Shown piece by piece: positions 58,905-64,000 of a DNA stretch of 64,000 bases. Under the pieces are notes generated by a model. That model had not been told where the DNA came from, made no database searches, and saw nothing but the letters and a program-made list of their open reading frames with translations. Made by a program: the position numbers and the translations under genes. Origin of the DNA: Escherichia phage 310Ecol104PP; sequence record OR062946.1. The stretch is one strand, 5' to 3'. Every line of letters starts with the position of its first letter. Within the stretch, counting starts at the first letter, position 1.

Positions 58905-61169
58905 TCATAATTTACAGGATGAACAATCTTCAGCTTTTGGAGTTTCTATTTCATAATCATCAGTACCAGAACCATCGCGGGTATTATGATAATAGAAATT
59001 TTTTCCGCCAAAATACCAAAAATACAAAAGGTCATCAATCATTATTGACATTGGAACCTTTCCTTTTGGAAAAATCTGCGGGTCATAATATGTATTCGCT
59101 GAAGCTGATTGACATACCCATTTCAGCATAATAGCTACCTGCGTAAGATAAGGTTTATTACCTTTCTTAGCTAATTTCCACGTATAATCATAGAGGTCTA
59201 TGTTATGCTCAATATTGGGCACGACTTGATTAAAGGAACCCTCTTTTGATTCTTTAACAGAGACTGGTCCACGTGGAGGCTCGATACCGTTTGTACTGTT
59301 AGAAACTTGGGAAGATGACTCACATGGCATAAGTGCTGATAATGTGCTATTACGGATGCCAAAGAGCTTAAGGTCTTCCCGCAGCGACGACCAGTCACAA
59401 ACGTATTTTGGAGCTGCGATTTGGTCAATCTTTTTATTGTACCAGTCGATAGGTAATTCGCCTCGAGACCAACGAGTGTCTGAATAATATTCGCAAGGTC
59501 CTTTTTCTTTGGCGAGCTTAATGGATGCTTTAATGAGTCCATACTGTAATCTCTCAAATAGTTCATGTGTTAAATCGTTAGCATCTTCATAAGAAGCAAA
59601 GTTACTTGCCAGCCAAGCTGCATAGTTGGTAACACCTACGCCAAGGTTTCGACGCTTTTTAGCTTTTTCTGCTTCAGGAACTGGATATCCTTGGTAATCC
59701 AAAAGATTATCAAGAGCACGAACTTGAACTTCTGCCAATTCATTAATTTTATCTTGGTCTTGCCAGTCAAAATTATCTAGTACGAATGCAGAGAGAGTAC
59801 ACAATCCAATTTCAGCATCAGGACTATTCACATCATTTGTTGGAATAGCAATTTCACAGCACAAGTTGCTCTGACGAATAGGTGCCTTTTCACGAATAAA
59901 CGGAGTATAGTTATTCGTATTATCAATGAATTGTACATAAATCCTTGCTGTTCCTGAGCGTTCAGTCATGAGCAATTCAAATAGTTCACGGGCTTTAATA
60001 CGCTTTTTACGAATATTAGGGTCTTTTTCTGCTGCTTCGTATAATTCACGGAAACGGTCTTGGTCTTTAAAATAAGAATAATAAAGCTCGCCACCCATTT
60101 CATGCGGACTGAACAAAGTAATGTAATCGTTCTTTCCGAATCGTTCCATCATCAAATCATTCAGCTGAACACCATAATCCATATGACGAATGCGGTTTTC
60201 TTCTACGCCTTTGTTATTTTTCAAAACGAGAAGATTTTCAACTTCCAAATGCCAAATAGGATAATAAGCAGTAGCTGCGCCGCCACGAATTCCACCCTGT
60301 GAGCATGATTTAACTGCAGTCTGAAAATGTTTCCAAAAAGGAATAACACCAGTATGACGTACTTCACCCATGCCAATCTTAGAACCTTCGGCACGAATCA
60401 TACCAACGTTAATACCAATTCCAGCGCGTTTAGAGATATATTCAACAATTGAAGCAGAAGCCTTATTGATAGACTTCAGTGAATCACCTGCCTCAATAAC
60501 AACACATGAACTAAACTGTCGAGTCGGAGTACGACAACCAGCCATAATAGGAGTTGGTAATGAAATCTGTCGAGTAGATACTGCTTCATAAAAACGAATA
60601 ACATGTTTTAATCTATCAACAGGTTCATCTTGATGCAGTGCCATTCCAATAGCCATAAATGCAAACTGTGGAGTTTCATAAATTTGACCAGTGGTTTTAT
60701 CTTTAACTAAATATTTTTCTTTTAATTGCATCGCCCCGGAATAAGTAAATTCCATATCCCGTTCGTGCTTAATTTTTGATTCTAAAAATGTAATTTCTTC
60801 TGCTGAATATTTTGACAATAATTCAGGGTCGTATTTACCTGCATTTACACAGTAAGAAATATGGTCAATAAATGAACGTGGTTCATACTGCCCATAAACA
60901 TGCTTACGAAGAGCAAACATTAAACAGCGTGCAGCTACATATTGATAATCAGGTTCTTCAACCGAAATAGAATTCGCAGCAGCCTTAATGACAATAGTCT
61001 GAATATCATCAGTTGTCATTCCATCACGGAGATAAGATTTAATATTTTCATATAATTCATAAGGATCTACTGATGTTCCCTCAGCTGCCCAAGATAAAAC
61101 TTTAATAATTTTTTGTGGGTCAAAGCTCTGAGAAACACCACTACTTTTGATAACATTAATTAATTGCAT
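58905..61169 (-). CDS. nrdA: ribonucleotide reductase large subunit
   Basis: 754 aa; active-site segment SNLCCEIA. Confidence 0.95.
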   Translation of the reverse strand: MQLINVIKSSGVSQSFDPQKIIKVLSWAAEGTSVDPYELYENIKSYLRDGMTTDDIQTIVIKAAANSISVEEPDYQYVAARCLMFALRKHVYGQYEPRSFIDHISYCVNAGKYDPELLSKYSAEEITFLESKIKHERDMEFTYSGAMQLKEKYLVKDKTTGQIYETPQFAFMAIGMALHQDEPVDRLKHVIRFYEAVSTRQISLPTPIMAGCRTPTRQFSSCVVIEAGDSLKSINKASASIVEYISKRAGIGINVGMIRAEGSKIGMGEVRHTGVIPFWKHFQTAVKSCSQGGIRGGAATAYYPIWHLEVENLLVLKNNKGVEENRIRHMDYGVQLNDLMMERFGKNDYITLFSPHEMGGELYYSYFKDQDRFRELYEAAEKDPNIRKKRIKARELFELLMTERSGTARIYVQFIDNTNNYTPFIREKAPIRQSNLCCEIAIPTNDVNSPDAEIGLCTLSAFVLDNFDWQDQDKINELAEVQVRALDNLLDYQGYPVPEAEKAKKRRNLGVGVTNYAAWLASNFASYEDANDLTHELFERLQYGLIKASIKLAKEKGPCEYYSDTRWSRGELPIDWYNKKIDQIAAPKYVCDWSSLREDLKLFGIRNSTLSALMPCESSSQVSNSTNGIEPPRGPVSVKESKEGSFNQVVPNIEHNIDLYDYTWKLAKKGNKPYLTQVAIMLKWVCQSASANTYYDPQIFPKGKVPMSIMIDDLLYFWYFGGKNFYYHNTRDGSGTDDYEIETPKAEDCSSCKL

Positions 61170-61486
61170 AAGTCCTCAACTTGAAAATCGTCTTTAAACA
61201 ATCGGTTAACTATATGAGCTATTATATCACCATGACACGGCTTTGGTTTACATGTGCATCCTAGCCTCATTCCACGTAAAGGCTCTAAATGTGCTTTAGT
61301 TATTTCTCCGGATTTAATTCGACGTATAAAATCTTTTTTGAATAATTCAATGGCAGCCTCCCGGCTGCCAGCATCTTTACCGACGTAATTTCCCCAAAAT
61401 GTACCGCGGTGAATATTAACATCAAAGTCGGATTTGTATTTATTCACTACCCGGCATAGACGGCCCACGCTGGAATAATTCGTCAT
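61160..61486 (-). CDS. hypothetical Cys/His-motif protein (nrdA.1-like)
   Basis: 108 aa; motif [17 protein letters not shown]. Confidence 0.6.
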   Translation of the reverse strand: MTNYSSVGRLCRVVNKYKSDFDVNIHRGTFWGNYVGKDAGSREAAIELFKKDFIRRIKSGEITKAHLEPLRGMRLGCTCKPKPCHGDIIAHIVNRLFKDDFQVEDLCN

Positions 61487-61703
61487 ATTGTTTTTCCGTT
61501 AAAACAGTAATATCGTAGTAACAGTCAGAAGAAGTTTTAACTGTGGAAATTTTATTATCAAAATACTCACGAGTCATTTTATGAGTATAATATTTTTTAC
61601 CATAAATGATAATAGGCTGTTCTGGTCCTGGAACTTCTAACTCGCTTGGGTTAGGAAGTGTAAAAAGAACAACGCCAGAAGTATCTTTAAATCGTAAAAT
61701 CAT
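61440..61703 (-). CDS. hypothetical protein (nrdA.2-like)
   Basis: 87 aa ORF overlapping the neighbour's start. Confidence 0.55.
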   Translation of the reverse strand: MILRFKDTSGVVLFTLPNPSELEVPGPEQPIIIYGKKYYTHKMTREYFDNKISTVKTSSDCYYDITVLTEKQYDELFQRGPSMPGSE

Positions 61704-62560
61704 ATTGCCATTTTCCCTTTAATTGCTGGATGCGATTCATAATTTTCAAGGATAAAATCTTTCGGTTTCATGTATTCAGTTAACCAGTAAAGCTGTGTTT
61801 CGGTGTCACAATTTCCAAACTCTATAGGCCAATCAATTTTAAGTTCACACAGTTCTTTAGGCTCACGACGTAAAATTTCTTTACATTGCTCAGTATGATT
61901 CATATAGATGTGAGTATTACCACCAGAAAATATCAAATCTCCTGGGATAAGATTACACATCTTAGCCACAATATGCGCCAAGGCAGCGTACGAGGCAATG
62001 TTGAATGGCAAGCCCAAGAAAACATCTACACTTCTTTGGTACCATTGTAAATCAAGATAACCATTACGCACATTAAACTGATAGAACATATGACAGGGCG
62101 GTAATGCCATTTGATTGATTTCAGCTGGATTCCATGCTGAAACGATTTGACGTCGATCAGTTGGTAATTTTTTAATACGATCAATAGTTTCAACTAATTG
62201 ATCCACACCACCGAAATCACGCCATTGTTTACCGTATATAGGACCAAGTTCACCACTATGATATCCTAGGTCTTTAGCCTGGTTTTCATAGTTATCGTCC
62301 CAAATAGTTTTACCTTGAATAAGACTACCATGTGTGCGAAGACGTAAATCATTAACATTGGTAGAACCGGAAATAAACCATAGAAGCTCAGCAATGCATG
62401 CATTCCAGGCGAACTTCTTAGTTGTTACTGCAGGAAAACCTTTAGTTAAATCCCAGCGTAATTTAGTACCGAACAAAGCAATTGTTCCTGTGCCTGTTCG
62501 GTCATCGGTTTCATAGCCATTTTCAAAAATGTCTTTAATTAAATCTTGGTATTGTTTCAT
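61700..62560 (-). CDS. td: thymidylate synthase, uninterrupted
   Basis: 286 aa continuous ORF; active-site segment [12 protein letters not shown]. Confidence 0.95.
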   Translation of the reverse strand: MKQYQDLIKDIFENGYETDDRTGTGTIALFGTKLRWDLTKGFPAVTTKKFAWNACIAELLWFISGSTNVNDLRLRTHGSLIQGKTIWDDNYENQAKDLGYHSGELGPIYGKQWRDFGGVDQLVETIDRIKKLPTDRRQIVSAWNPAEINQMALPPCHMFYQFNVRNGYLDLQWYQRSVDVFLGLPFNIASYAALAHIVAKMCNLIPGDLIFSGGNTHIYMNHTEQCKEILRREPKELCELKIDWPIEFGNCDTETQLYWLTEYMKPKDFILENYESHPAIKGKMAI

Positions 62561-62604
62561 TTAGTACCTTATATAAATTATAATACATTTTATGAAGCTA
62601 ATAA

Positions 62605-62964
62605 TCAATACGGTTTAGCATCAAATTTTCTTTCGATTTCAGGAGTGAAATATAATTCTTTACCACGTTTGGAAAAACGACCAATAATATGATAATTATT
62701 CTCATCAAACGTGATATTACCAATATCCATAGCTTTCAACCAAATATCGATATTTCTATCTAGTTTTATATCAAAATTCCAATACGGAGAACTATTACCA
62801 AAAATACTACAAGCGGATTCAGTGAAACAACTGCTATAAATCTTGTCTTTAGGAACTACTAATTGATAGACGCCTTTAATAAACTGAGGACCCTGCCATT
62901 TTGGTTGTTTCGCGTCTTTTTCTAATAGAATAGGGTAATAATTAAAATTCATATTTTCCGCCAC
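62605..62964 (-). CDS. hypothetical 119-aa protein located between frd and td
   Basis: Complete ORF MAENMNFNYYPILLEKDAKQPKWQGPQF...; no motif recognised. Confidence 0.6.
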   Translation of the reverse strand: MAENMNFNYYPILLEKDAKQPKWQGPQFIKGVYQLVVPKDKIYSSCFTESACSIFGNSSPYWNFDIKLDRNIDIWLKAMDIGNITFDENNYHIIGRFSKRGKELYFTPEIERKFDAKPY

Positions 62965-62972
62965 GTGTTATT

Positions 62973-63802
<830 letters not shown>

Positions 63803-63813
63803 ATTATCTCCTA

Positions 63814-64000
63814 TTAAAAAGGATCAGGAACATATCCACTAGCTTTAATCATTTTAACTAATGTTACCATTCCTTTGTTAACTGCTTGTGAGATTTCATC
63901 AAAAACTTCATCATTAAAAAGTTCTAGCACACCCTTCTGAACTTTTAATTTACAGCCAACAATTTCGTCATCGCCTATAGTAAATTCATTACCGCCAATT
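63814..64000 (-). CDS. hypothetical protein, C-terminal part only (gene continues beyond the window end)
   Basis: Open frame from the window edge to a stop at about 63814; hand translation ends ...MIKASGYVPDPF. Confidence 0.45.
   Translation of the reverse strand, partial: IGGNEFTIGDDEIVGCKLKVQKGVLELFNDEVFDEISQAVNKGMVTLVKMIKASGYVPDPF

Overview
This window is a gene-dense segment of a T4-like (T-even) myovirus genome. The calls rest on gene order and protein lengths that match phage T4 almost gene for gene, plus catalytic motifs read in the supplied translations. No tools or database searches were run; T4 comparisons are from memory. Coordinates for CDS follow the ORF track; coordinates for promoters, hairpins and repeats were counted by hand and are approximate (about +/-2 nt). 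Layout: (1) 1-26575, plus strand, late structural genes 6-7-8-9-10-11-12-wac-13-14-15-16-17-18-19-20-67-68-21-22-23-24; (2) 26605-30296, minus strand, rnlB, two small ORFs, hoc, inh; (3) uvsW and uvsW.1 (plus), then uvsY and baseplate genes 25, 26 (minus); (4) 34145-40384, plus strand, genes 51-27-28-29-48-54; (5) 40413 to the window end, minus strand, two Alt-family ADP-ribosyltransferases, DNA ligase 30, nine small ORFs, rIII, 31, cd, pseT, a spanin pair, alc, rnlA, denA, nrdB, nrdA, td, frd. No tRNA, rRNA, CRISPR array or transposon was seen. I did not find a clear multi-gene novel system. The most interesting observations are: a Hoc gene carrying a tandem Ig-domain duplication; a NADAR/YbiA-like protein near the two Alt paralogs; small ORFs at positions where T4, as I recall it, has homing-endonuclease genes or overlapping genes (between 23 and 24, and between frd and td); uninterrupted td and nrdB; and a ~53-bp early-promoter cassette present twice.
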